From Thermoproteota archaeon (lineage in GTDB: Archaea; Korarchaeota; Korarchaeia; Korarchaeales; Korarchaeaceae), in assembly GCA_037917625.1 (NCBI GenBank), contig JAVCBY010000110.1, positions 1-15,906 of the forward strand: a stretch of 15,906 nucleotides of DNA. Direction: 5' to 3'. Both the position numbers and the translations under genes were made by a program. Under the pieces are notes generated by a model, which worked only from the letters and a program-made list of their open reading frames with translations, ran no database searches and had not been told where the DNA came from. Of the stretch, positions 1-8,760 are shown piece by piece (positions within the stretch are counted from its first letter, which is position 1; every line of letters begins with the position of its first letter).

Positions 1-75
1 GTGCTATATGAGGTTATATCGAGGGGGACTAGTGAAGTTAGGGTATCTAGAAGGAGGAGGAAGGCTCTAGATTAA
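1..75 (+). CDS. xpb: 3' end of XPB-like DNA repair helicase (partial)
   Basis: Frame 1 reads VLYEVISRGTSEVRVSRRRRKALD*, matching the LYE..GT.E...SRRR C-terminus of archaeal XPB. It lies directly upstream of bax1, the usual gene pair. Confidence 0.75.
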   Translation: MLYEVISRGTSEVRVSRRRRKALD

Positions 76-89
76 TTTCGGTGATGGAG

Positions 90-1607
90 ATGCTGCCATC
101 TCAATTGCTGAGGGGGAAGGTAGTCGGGGGCAAGCTCTCGCTCAAGTGGGCTCTGGGTAGCGAGGAAGAGCTCGAGTTAGCTGAGGATCTAATAAGGATT
201 TTCAAGATCGGGAGGAAGCTCGATGAGATAGAGGAGGAAGAGGAGGAGATAGAGGATTATTACTCAGGTTTATTCGATTACAAGTTAGTGAGGGGTTTAT
301 ACATAATATTACTGAGGAAGGGGAGGTTTGAGGGGCCTGAGAGCTTTCTAGATCCTTTGGAGGCCAGGAGGAGAGTTTACAAGATCGTGAATAGAGAGTA
401 TCATGGATTCGTCAGGTATGAGGAGAGAGCTGATGCCATAAGGAGAGCTGCTGAAGAGATAGGCATGAGTGAGGATGAATTAGAGAGATCTTTATGGGCT
501 GATTTTGAGCTAAGGCTCGTCGATTTCGATGAGCCTGAACCTGAGGATCTATTGAAGGAGTACAACTTAGCTCTACTCCAGACAGCTCTATTCAAGTCCT
601 TGAGGATGCACTTACTCACCTCCTCTTCTGGAGGGGAGGTGAAGCTCTTGCTCAGAGCTCTCAAGGGCTTGGGCCTAATGTATACAGCTAGCAAGGGGGA
701 TAAGCTGGAGCTCACTATAGACGGTCCGGCATCGATACTCAAGCTAACCACTAAGTATGGGGTGGCGATGGCTAAGCTAATTCCATTAATAGTGAGGATG
801 AGCGATTGGTATCTGAGGGCTGATATCCTAAGGAGGAAGATGATAAAGTTGGAGGTCTCCCATAAGATGAGGCATCTATTCCCAGAGTCCGAAGTCACTA
901 TCGAGTACGATAGCTCTATCGAGAGGGAATTCCCTCGCATATGCCCAAAGGGATGGAATGTCTACAGGGAGCCGGAGCCCCTCCTATCAGGTAACTCCAT
1001 CATAATCCCTGATTTCATGCTGGAGAAGGGGAAGATTAAGATATACGTAGAGATAATGGGGTTCTGGACCCCTGAGTACGTCGAGAGGAAGATAGAGAAG
1101 TTGAAGGACGTGAGGGAACCCATTCTGATAATAGCTAGGAGGGATCTCATGTGCTCTAGGGTAGAGAAGATCAAGAAGGATATCCTATACTTCGACAGGA
1201 AGATAGATCCTACAGATTTAGCTAAGAAGCTCAAGGAGATAGAGGATAGATATTGGTCCGATGAGAGAGATAAAATTAGAGAGGAGATAGCTAGCTTGAG
1301 GATAGATGGTAAATTTTTAGAGGTAAATAAGCTGAAATCTATCTTGGGGATAACGGAGGACCGACTGAGGGAGGTATGCTGCCCTGAGGGCTTCGAGTTG
1401 ATAGGGGATTACCTCATCTCTAAGGAAGCGATCTCATCATTGAGAGAGGAAGTCATGAGGAGGAGGCCAGCGAAAGTAGGGGAGCTGAAGAGGATATTAG
1501 CTGATATGGGACTTCCCATTGAGATAGCTACGTACGTCCCCGAGAGGATAGGGGTTAAAGTATCATGGGGCTCCTTAGATGAGGATAGTGCTGATTTAAC
1601 GTATTGA
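90..1607 (+). CDS. bax1: Bax1 / DUF790 family endonuclease (XPB partner)
   Basis: N-terminal MLPSQLL, YNLALLQTALF, IDGPASILKLTTKYG, YDSSIEREF and nuclease motif PDF...EIMGFWTPEY. Start moved to ATG 90 (GGTGA RBS at 80-84); the ORF track starts at 81. Confidence 0.9.
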   Translation: MLPSQLLRGKVVGGKLSLKWALGSEEELELAEDLIRIFKIGRKLDEIEEEEEEIEDYYSGLFDYKLVRGLYIILLRKGRFEGPESFLDPLEARRRVYKIVNREYHGFVRYEERADAIRRAAEEIGMSEDELERSLWADFELRLVDFDEPEPEDLLKEYNLALLQTALFKSLRMHLLTSSSGGEVKLLLRALKGLGLMYTASKGDKLELTIDGPASILKLTTKYGVAMAKLIPLIVRMSDWYLRADILRRKMIKLEVSHKMRHLFPESEVTIEYDSSIEREFPRICPKGWNVYREPEPLLSGNSIIIPDFMLEKGKIKIYVEIMGFWTPEYVERKIEKLKDVREPILIIARRDLMCSRVEKIKKDILYFDRKIDPTDLAKKLKEIEDRYWSDERDKIREEIASLRIDGKFLEVNKLKSILGITEDRLREVCCPEGFELIGDYLISKEAISSLREEVMRRRPAKVGELKRILADMGLPIEIATYVPERIGVKVSWGSLDEDSADLTY

Positions 1608-1667
1608 TTTATATATTGAATATATAAGAGATAAAACACTAACTGCCCCCGCTGTGAGGTGAGCTGC

Positions 1668-4358
1668 ATGAAGTGGGCCTCCCTGATCTCAATCTTACTC
1701 ATAGCGATCCTGATCTTCGCAAGTCATCCACTCATGGAGGCTCAGCGGAAAGTGAGTTGCGTCCTAGTCTACTATCATAGCAAACCCATCCCTCCGGAGA
1801 TCCTCAAAACGCATGATTGGATCATAGTGGACCCGGATAATCCGTACGTAAAGCCAAAGAGCGGGAGAGCGAAGCTCATAGCTTATATAAGTGTGGGGGA
1901 GATAGAGGATTACAGAAGTTACTTCGATGAGATAAAGAAGTATGCGATCGGCTATAACCCAGTTTGGGAAGCTTATGTAGCTGATGTTAGGAATCCTGAG
2001 TACAAGAGGTTCTTGATAGAGAGAGTAGCTAAATCTATAGTTGAGAAGGGTTTCGATGGCTTCCTCTTAGATACCCTAGATTCCTACAAGTTAGTCGCGA
2101 AGGAGGGTGAGGAAAAGAGTTTCGTGGATGCCCTAGCTGATTTCGTGATAACGCTGAAGAAGAAGTACCCGGATAAGCTCATAGTGATAAATAGGGGATT
2201 CGAGATATTCGATTATGTTCAGCAATACATAGATGGCTTCCTCTTCGAGGGCCTCTTCAGGAAATTGGATGAAGACCTGAATTACGTTTCGGTGAGCGAG
2301 GAAGAGAGATCTTATTACTTAAATAAGTTGAGATACATAAGTGAGAAGGTCCCAGTCATAATCGTGGATTACGTAGATCCTAGGGATAGGGGAGAAGCTA
2401 TTAAGGTGATGAAGGCAATATTGGAGCTCGGCTTCATACCCTATATAGCTGAAAAAGAGTTATCTGAAGTGGGAGTGAATCCTTGCACCTCGGGGCTCGC
2501 TCGGACGGGGCCTAAGGTACTCATATACTTCGACCCTAGGTACGGGAGCAATTGGATAAGGAGCCCTGAGGAGTATAAAGAATATCTCTCATCTATATTC
2601 GATGAATATAACGTGAATTATGAGGTGGTAGATGCTGATTCTCTCGCGAAAATATTATCAACAAGCGAGAGAGCTATATTGATCCCCACGAGCGATGTCC
2701 TGCCTGATACAGTTTGGGATGGGACTGAGGATAGCTTAGTAGTGAGGTGGTTGAGGAAGGGAGGGACCATCGTATGGACTGGGGATTGGGAGTTCTACTA
2801 CATAGGGCATAAGGGTTGGATCGAGCGTAAAGCTGGGATAGAGGAAGCTCCTTTCGGGAGGAAAGTCACCTCGGATAAAGCAGTTCAAGTCAGAGTTACT
2901 GAAGCTGGGAGGAAGTACATACCCAGCCTGAGGGGATTCGAGAGCATGAGGCCCTTCATAGCTCGGGAAATGCTAATAGAAGCTTATGGAGAATCTGGCG
3001 GGGCTTTCGATCCGGCAGCTTTAAAAGTAGGGGATGGTACCTTCATAAAGGTAGCATCCTCAACAGATTCCCTCGGGTTCCTCTACGTAGCTGAGCTCAT
3101 CCTCAACAGATTCTACGGTTTGGGAGTTAAGCTATCTGAGGAGCCTAGAATAACTTTCTGCGGCATAGTCTACATACTCCCCTCTAAGGCCTCCTCCCCC
3201 AAGTGGCAGAGGGAGTATGGTGACAGGATATACTTCTACGTCAAGGAGAACTTATCAAAATATGTTAAAATAATAGATGAAGATTTAAAAATAATATCAT
3301 CAGCTGGGTACAACTTCATAATATTAGTGATACCTTTAGATGAGGATCCCTTATTCCTAAGGAACCTCGAGTTGATGGATGAGCTCGCTCAAGGGAGGGG
3401 GCTGGGGATATTTTACGCTATATTCCCGAAGTGGAAGTATGGGAGTGAGTGGGATTACCTCTCAAAAGGGAGCAGAGTGAATTCAGCTTTACTAAAGCTC
3501 ATGGATTTCCTATCGAATCTAAAGTCGACTCAGGGTATAGCAGTCTGGTACGGTTGGAAGGATAGGAAGTTCGATCCTAATGAGATGAGGGAGTTTTATT
3601 CATCCCTCCCGGAGAGGTTGAGGAGCATCTACTGGTTTTGGCTAGATGAAGCTTACGTAATTGAGGCTGTGAAATCTGGGCTCCCAGATGTGCCTGTGGT
3701 AACTGAGTTGTACGATCCCCTCGAGTTAGCGTTATACAGCAGGGCTTTCAAGAGGCAGATGATAGTGACGGGTATATGGGACGCTAAAAGCTCTTCTTCT
3801 TGGTTGGAGAGGATGAGGGAGAGGCTAGGGCTAGGGGCCAGCGACAGGATAGTGGGAGTGTGGATATTCGATGATACGAACGATGGCTTCGGGGAGAAGT
3901 ACAGGGCTTACATAAACGGGGAGCTCTCCAGCCCTATAAAGCTGGAGAGGATAGGGGATGCCTTAATAATCCCATCCTTCAGCGTCGGATCTGAGGTAGA
4001 CTTAGCGATAGTGAGGAAGCACTTTCCGGATGCTTTGATATCAAACGGAGGAACTATAGTAGTTGGAGGGCCCCGATCCAATAGATGGAGTAAGATCGAA
4101 TGGGTATCGTTCACAAAGGATTTTATGATAGTGAACGGGACTGAGTACAGGAGCTCGTGGGGTAAGATGGATCACTGCTTAGTGAAGTTGAGCGACAGAA
4201 GGGTTTATGTGATGGGGACTCACAGGTTCGGGACTGAGGCTTGCTTGATTATCCTACCGGAATTGGGGCAGCGTAGCTACGCTATAGCTAGATGGATGGA
4301 TAGTAACGGGAACGGCATCGTGGATAGAGATGAGATAAAAGTGCTGGGGAGCGGATGA
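1668..4358 (+). CDS. Secreted multidomain protein with an N-terminal PelA-like endo-alpha-1,4-polygalactosaminidase (GH166/GH114-like) domain, further alpha/beta domains, an S-layer-like C-terminal domain and an EF-hand-like loop
   Basis: Signal peptide MKWASLISILLIAILIFA; AYISVGE, GFDGFLLDTLDSY, NRGFE, FLFEGL, VIIVDY and GFIPY motifs; C-terminal VVGGPRSN...GTHRFGT and DSNGNGIVDRDE. RBS GAGGTGA at 1656-1662 favours ATG 1668. Confidence 0.8.
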   Translation: MKWASLISILLIAILIFASHPLMEAQRKVSCVLVYYHSKPIPPEILKTHDWIIVDPDNPYVKPKSGRAKLIAYISVGEIEDYRSYFDEIKKYAIGYNPVWEAYVADVRNPEYKRFLIERVAKSIVEKGFDGFLLDTLDSYKLVAKEGEEKSFVDALADFVITLKKKYPDKLIVINRGFEIFDYVQQYIDGFLFEGLFRKLDEDLNYVSVSEEERSYYLNKLRYISEKVPVIIVDYVDPRDRGEAIKVMKAILELGFIPYIAEKELSEVGVNPCTSGLARTGPKVLIYFDPRYGSNWIRSPEEYKEYLSSIFDEYNVNYEVVDADSLAKILSTSERAILIPTSDVLPDTVWDGTEDSLVVRWLRKGGTIVWTGDWEFYYIGHKGWIERKAGIEEAPFGRKVTSDKAVQVRVTEAGRKYIPSLRGFESMRPFIAREMLIEAYGESGGAFDPAALKVGDGTFIKVASSTDSLGFLYVAELILNRFYGLGVKLSEEPRITFCGIVYILPSKASSPKWQREYGDRIYFYVKENLSKYVKIIDEDLKIISSAGYNFIILVIPLDEDPLFLRNLELMDELAQGRGLGIFYAIFPKWKYGSEWDYLSKGSRVNSALLKLMDFLSNLKSTQGIAVWYGWKDRKFDPNEMREFYSSLPERLRSIYWFWLDEAYVIEAVKSGLPDVPVVTELYDPLELALYSRAFKRQMIVTGIWDAKSSSSWLERMRERLGLGASDRIVGVWIFDDTNDGFGEKYRAYINGELSSPIKLERIGDALIIPSFSVGSEVDLAIVRKHFPDALISNGGTIVVGGPRSNRWSKIEWVSFTKDFMIVNGTEYRSSWGKMDHCLVKLSDRRVYVMGTHRFGTEACLIILPELGQRSYAIARWMDSNGNGIVDRDEIKVLGSG

Positions 4359-4362
4359 GGAA

Positions 4363-4917
4363 TTACTTCCTCAATCTGAATATCCTCAACTTTGGCTTTT
4401 TCGTCTCGATGGGCTCTAGTACCAGTTTCAGAGGTATCTCCTTCCTAAGAACTAAGTCTATTACTGAGCTGAGTTGGAAGAGTACCTCCTCTTGCTCGCT
4501 AGATTCTATAGCTCCTGGTCTAACTTTCCTGACTTGATCTATAGCTGCTTTAGGCATCATCCCCTTGAATATGAGGTAAGCTGCGGCCACAGTGCCAGCC
4601 CTCCCCACACCAGCGAAACAATGAACAGCTACTGGCTTTCCCTTAGTAGCTCTCGAGGAGATCCATGTTAGTAAATCAATCAATTCCTTGATATCGGGAG
4701 CGCTTTTAGGCTCTACCGGTAGGAAATAGAATTCCATACTTTCTGAGATCACATTAGCTTCATACGTGAGTATACCTCCCCAGAAAGGGTATATCTCCCT
4801 CTCAGTCGCTAAGCAAACGATAGCCCTTATCCCCAGAGATTTAATTATCCTTAAGTCTTCCTTCTTCACTGGGATCCTCGATATAGCTATCTCGTTAGGG
4901 ATCACCCAGGTTATCAG
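4363..4917 (-). CDS. Dual-specificity / tyrosine protein phosphatase (CX5R family)
   Basis: VAVHCFAGVGRAGT signature, AIDQVRKVRPGAIES..Q, and N-terminal ITWVIPNEIAISRIP extending upstream of GTG 4905. Start uncertain (CTG 4917 or GTG 4905). Confidence 0.88.
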   Translation of the reverse strand: MITWVIPNEIAISRIPVKKEDLRIIKSLGIRAIVCLATEREIYPFWGGILTYEANVISESMEFYFLPVEPKSAPDIKELIDLLTWISSRATKGKPVAVHCFAGVGRAGTVAAAYLIFKGMMPKAAIDQVRKVRPGAIESSEQEEVLFQLSSVIDLVLRKEIPLKLVLEPIETKKPKLRIFRLRK

Positions 4918-4935
4918 ATCGATCCCCTCTTACCG

Positions 4936-5036
4936 CCGTTGGTTAGCTCTTAGGAGCTCCAAAGACGGGGCATCTCCGGGGGGTCCTCGGAGGGAGTGCC
5001 AGATTAATCCCCCTGCCCTCGTCCCCCTTATGGGGT
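4936..5036. ncRNA. Candidate structured RNA or structured 5' leader
   Basis: GC-rich intergenic stretch (51 of 80 nt G+C in 4961-5040) with several stems: 4964-4972/5014-5023, 4974-4981/4985-4992, 4945-4949/4954-4958, 5024-5027/5032-5035. TTATAA at 5067-5072. Confidence 0.4.
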
Positions 5037-5092
5037 CATGGATGTATCCGCATACGCAACATTACCTTATAACGTTATATCACATCAGATAT

Positions 5093-6526
5093 TTATCTGA
5101 AGAGAGCCCTGGAGAGGGCTAGCTTCCTCACGAGCTCGCTCCGGTCATCGGAGAGCTTAACTAGTACTTCGAGCGGGGTAGATGGATTGAGAGCAACTGC
5201 CAGTCTTATCTCCTCATCTTCCTCCTCAGCGAGCTTCTCGAGGATCTTAGCATCAGTACTCGGATCTAAGGCTACCCTCAACTTCATGAGGGGAGTGGGC
5301 CTCTCAGATAGTTTAGCCATGAGCTCCATGTTCAATTCAGGATTGTAGAGTAATGCATCCCTCACTTCTTCATTATCATCAGCTGCCAATCTCTTCAGTG
5401 TTTCAAGGCTCGTCCTAGGATCTGAAGCAGCTGAAACCCTCAGATAGACGTTAGCGGACCTCGATAATTCATCGAGAACTTCTGAAGTAGCATTAGGGTT
5501 CATAGCTGCTACTTTCTTGATCTCCAAGTTATCCGACTTAACTAAGCTTAAGAGCAAATCCTTAGGGCAATTCTTGTTCTCAGCTACAGCCAACTTAATA
5601 TCATCGTCACCTTCCTTAACTAGCCTCCTCAGAGTAGCCTCAGGAGCGCTCGGGTTTGATGCGACGGCCTTCGGAAACTCCTCAGCTAATTTCATCAATA
5701 TCTCCGGGGGAGAGGATGGATTTGATGAGACAGCAGCCCTCACATTCGGGCTTTTATCTCTAGATAATTTCTCCAATAAACCCCTTGGGGCTGATGTGTT
5801 AGATGCAACGCCCCTCCTCACCCACTCACTTTCATGATAAGCTAACTTCTCCAAAATCTCCTTCTTAACGGCTGGGTTCTTAGCTAAAGCCTCAAGGACG
5901 TAGATCGATCCGTTATTTGCCAACTTCTCCTGTACATCCTCCGGGATCATCTTATTACTTGCCACAGATGCTCTAACGAGTTCCTCGCTATCCTCAGCCA
6001 GATGCTTCAGTAAGTGAGTGGCTGATGGATTCGAGGCGAGCGAGGCCCTAACCTCCGGTGATGGATCCTCAGATAGATGAGAGAGAGCATCAATTGGAGT
6101 TTTAGGATTGGAAGCAACAACTCTTCTGACTTCCTCGCTCTTATCAAGCGATAAAATACTCAAAATCTCAGGATATCCTAATTCCGCTAGTTTAGCCCTT
6201 ACCTCAGCCTTAGGATCCCTCGAAAGTTCATCTAAAACATCCCTAGGCACATTGGGGTTCTCGAGAACAGCCCTTCTGACGCGCGGTGATGGATCATTTG
6301 AGAGCTCCCTGATCTTATCGGGAGGGCAATTCGGATGGGAAGCCACGTATATCTTTATCCCCTCATCACCCGAATCAGCTAGCTTACTGAGGACCTCAGG
6401 GGGAGTCCTGGGGTTCTGAGCTAAGAGCCGCCACAACCCCTTGTCCTCGAGTTTGGAAATTGAAATGAGAAGCTCGGGTGGGGACCTCGGATTCGAGGCT
6501 ACTTTCCTGAAGAGGGTCAGTTTCAT
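5093..6526 (-). CDS. Leucine-rich-repeat-variant (LRV)/HEAT-like solenoid protein
   Basis: About 19-20 tandem ~24-aa repeats of consensus VRxAVAxNPxxPxExLxxLxxD over the whole 477 aa. TTTAAA box about 25 nt upstream of the ATG. Confidence 0.88.
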   Translation of the reverse strand: MKLTLFRKVASNPRSPPELLISISKLEDKGLWRLLAQNPRTPPEVLSKLADSGDEGIKIYVASHPNCPPDKIRELSNDPSPRVRRAVLENPNVPRDVLDELSRDPKAEVRAKLAELGYPEILSILSLDKSEEVRRVVASNPKTPIDALSHLSEDPSPEVRASLASNPSATHLLKHLAEDSEELVRASVASNKMIPEDVQEKLANNGSIYVLEALAKNPAVKKEILEKLAYHESEWVRRGVASNTSAPRGLLEKLSRDKSPNVRAAVSSNPSSPPEILMKLAEEFPKAVASNPSAPEATLRRLVKEGDDDIKLAVAENKNCPKDLLLSLVKSDNLEIKKVAAMNPNATSEVLDELSRSANVYLRVSAASDPRTSLETLKRLAADDNEEVRDALLYNPELNMELMAKLSERPTPLMKLRVALDPSTDAKILEKLAEEEDEEIRLAVALNPSTPLEVLVKLSDDRSELVRKLALSRALFR

Positions 6527-6834
6527 CGTGCGTAGATGCGCACCTACAAAATTTAAATTTGTATATCCCTCATGAATCTTCGTATAATGGGTCCCCTCAG
6601 TTCTTCAATATTTTTGATGAACAATTTATACTCTCCTCGGAACTTCGTTAATGGAGCGTATGAACAGGTATAGCCATCGAATTCCCTTAAATGACATAGT
6701 TTAATAGGATCTCTCAATTTTCTAATGACAGCGTTTTCCGTCTAAGTCGTGAGGAGTAGCCCCAGATTCGTCGGGCATAGTGCGAGCGATCAGTTGAGCT
6801 CCAAATAAATTTTCTCTTATGATTGCGGAGCCTT

Positions 6835-7566
6835 ATGTACCCGGATCTCCAAGGTAAGATAGTCATGACGGGAGCAGCTGGTGGCATAGGTTTAGCTACA
6901 GCGAGGAGGTTCGTCGAGGAGGGTCTAAGGTCTTCATAATAGATGTAAATGAGGAGGCCTGAAGAGAGTACTTAGGGAGAATCCCGGGATCTCTGGAGGG
7001 GCAGTGGCTGATGTCTCATCCCCGGATCAAGTCTCCAAAGCATTCTCTGAGGTGGAAATGGTGCTAGGAGGTTTAAATGTGCTGATAGCTAATGCTAGCA
7101 TAAGCTACAGGACCCCCTTCTTGAACATAAGCTATGAGGAGTGGAGGAGGGTCATAGATGTCAACTTGACAGGCGCTTTCCTCTGCGCTAAGGAGGCTAC
7201 AAGGATGGAGAAGCAGAGGGAGGGGGTCATACTATTCACGGCATTGACTAACGGTATGAGGGGTCATCCTTATTACGCTCACTACAACGCTTTCAAAGCG
7301 GGACTGATACTCCTAGCCAAAACTTTAGCTTTGGAGTTCGCTCCTTGGCTCAGAGTAGTGGCTGTCTGCCCAGGTTACGTACTAACTCCCATGCAATTAG
7401 CTGAGTATACCCCGGAGATGATAGAGGAGGTAAATAAGACGATACCCATCGGGAGGCACGCATCCCCTGAGGAGATAGCTGCCCTCTTCGCCTTCTTAGC
7501 GAGCAAGGAGTCCTCTTAATAACTGGGACGTGCGTAGTCATAGACGGAGGTGAGACCGCTAGATGA
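6835..7566 (+). pseudogene. Short-chain dehydrogenase/reductase (FabG-like) pseudogene
   Basis: MYPDLQGKIVMTGAAGGIG from ATG 6835; frameshifts near 6925 and 6960; YNAFK catalytic motif; third frameshift near 7515 before ITGTCVVIDGGETAR* (TGA 7564-7566). Confidence 0.88.
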
Positions 7567-7569
7567 AGA

Positions 7570-8511
7570 TCACTCGAACTCTATAGTTGCGGGAGGCTTA
7601 TCAGTTACATCATAGAGGACTCTGGAGACCTCAGGGACCTCCGATATTATCCTAGTTGAGATCCTCCTGAGCCTCTCGTAGGGCACCTCGACGAATCTAG
7701 CGCTCATAGCGTCCTCAGATGAGACCACCCTCAGAGCCACTATATAGCCGTAAACTCTCTTCCCATCCCTTATCCCAGTCGCTCTCGCATCTAAGAGGAC
7801 AGCGAAGCTCTGGAAGGACTCTATGTCTGATGTCTCCTCCTCGACTATCTCAGTCACCTTCCTGAGGAGCTCCAGCTTCTCCCAAGTCACCTCCCCCACT
7901 ATCCTTACCGCTAACCCCGGCCCTGGGAAAGGCTTCCTCTCGCATATCTCAGCCGGTAGCCCGAGCTTCCTAGCTATCAATCTGACTTGCGGCTTATATA
8001 AGTCTTTTACAGGCTCTATAAGCTTGAACCCGTACTTATCAGCTATCCCGAGCTCCTCGAGTACGTTATGCTGAGTCTTTATGCCACCGACTGTCTCCAC
8101 TATATCTGCAGCTATAGTCCCCTGGACTAAATACTTCGCATTCATCTCCCTGATTATCCTCCCTAAGACCGTGTAAAACGCCTCTCTGAATGCTTTTCTC
8201 TTCTCTTCTGCATCTACTTTACCCTTCAAAGCTTCTAAAACATCTTTCTTAGCGTCGTAAATGAATGCGGATAAGCCGAGCTCATTCAAGATTTTCTGGA
8301 CTCTCTCGGGCTCACCCTTCCTCCTCAGGCCATCGTCTATGTAAACAGCTTTTATAGGCCTCCCTAAGGCTCTAGCAACTAATACAGCAGATACTGTACT
8401 ATCTACACCACCAGAACATGCTGCTAGGACTTTATCGCTCTCCTCAGGCCTCAAAATCCTCTTTATATCGTTCAACTTGGACTCTATGTACTCCTCAGGA
8501 TCGAACCGCAT
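7570..8511 (-). CDS. guaAB: GMP synthase [glutamine-hydrolyzing] subunit B (ATP pyrophosphatase)
   Basis: SGGVDS PP-loop, LVQGTIAAD, IKTQHNV, PFPGPGLAVR, YDVTDKPPATIEFE; no GATase domain. ATG 8511 preferred because ATG 8532 abuts the TATA box. Confidence 0.95.
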   Translation of the reverse strand: MRFDPEEYIESKLNDIKRILRPEESDKVLAACSGGVDSTVSAVLVARALGRPIKAVYIDDGLRRKGEPERVQKILNELGLSAFIYDAKKDVLEALKGKVDAEEKRKAFREAFYTVLGRIIREMNAKYLVQGTIAADIVETVGGIKTQHNVLEELGIADKYGFKLIEPVKDLYKPQVRLIARKLGLPAEICERKPFPGPGLAVRIVGEVTWEKLELLRKVTEIVEEETSDIESFQSFAVLLDARATGIRDGKRVYGYIVALRVVSSEDAMSARFVEVPYERLRRISTRIISEVPEVSRVLYDVTDKPPATIEFE

Positions 8512-8540
8512 AATGAGACTTCGAAGCCTCATTTAAAATC
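8512..8540 (-). promoter_or_regulatory. guaAB TATA box and 22-bp palindrome
   Basis: AATGAGACTTC|GAAGCCTCATT (8512-8533, one mismatch) between minus-strand TTTTAAA (about 8532-8538) and ATG 8511. Confidence 0.55.
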
Positions 8541-8760
8541 CTTACTTCGAGTTCGATAAGGCCCCAAGATTCAAGTAATATCACTCTAATTCTGACCTCT
8601 TATCTACCTTATTTCACTTCAGTTAAGTTCAAGCATGGCTTATCTCCCTTCTTTTAGCGATCCCTTATGATTTATCATTACTTGAGCGACCTAATTTCAT
8701 GACCCTCAATCTAACTTCAGCTCAATTCCACCTAAACATTTATTAGAGGATTAATCGATA

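Noticed and set aside
4930..5060. tRNA, 5S rRNA, SRP RNA, RNase P or known riboswitch
   Set aside because: No TTCGA T-loop or cloverleaf and no diagnostic motifs; kept only as an unknown structured element.
7004..7519. Intact 171-aa SDR
   Set aside because: The Rossmann motif and the C-terminal DGG motif lie in other frames; it is a pseudogene fragment.
8545..8750. Decayed minus-strand gene between guaAB and the hydrolase
   Set aside because: Coding-like purine skew but no recognisable motif or ORF.
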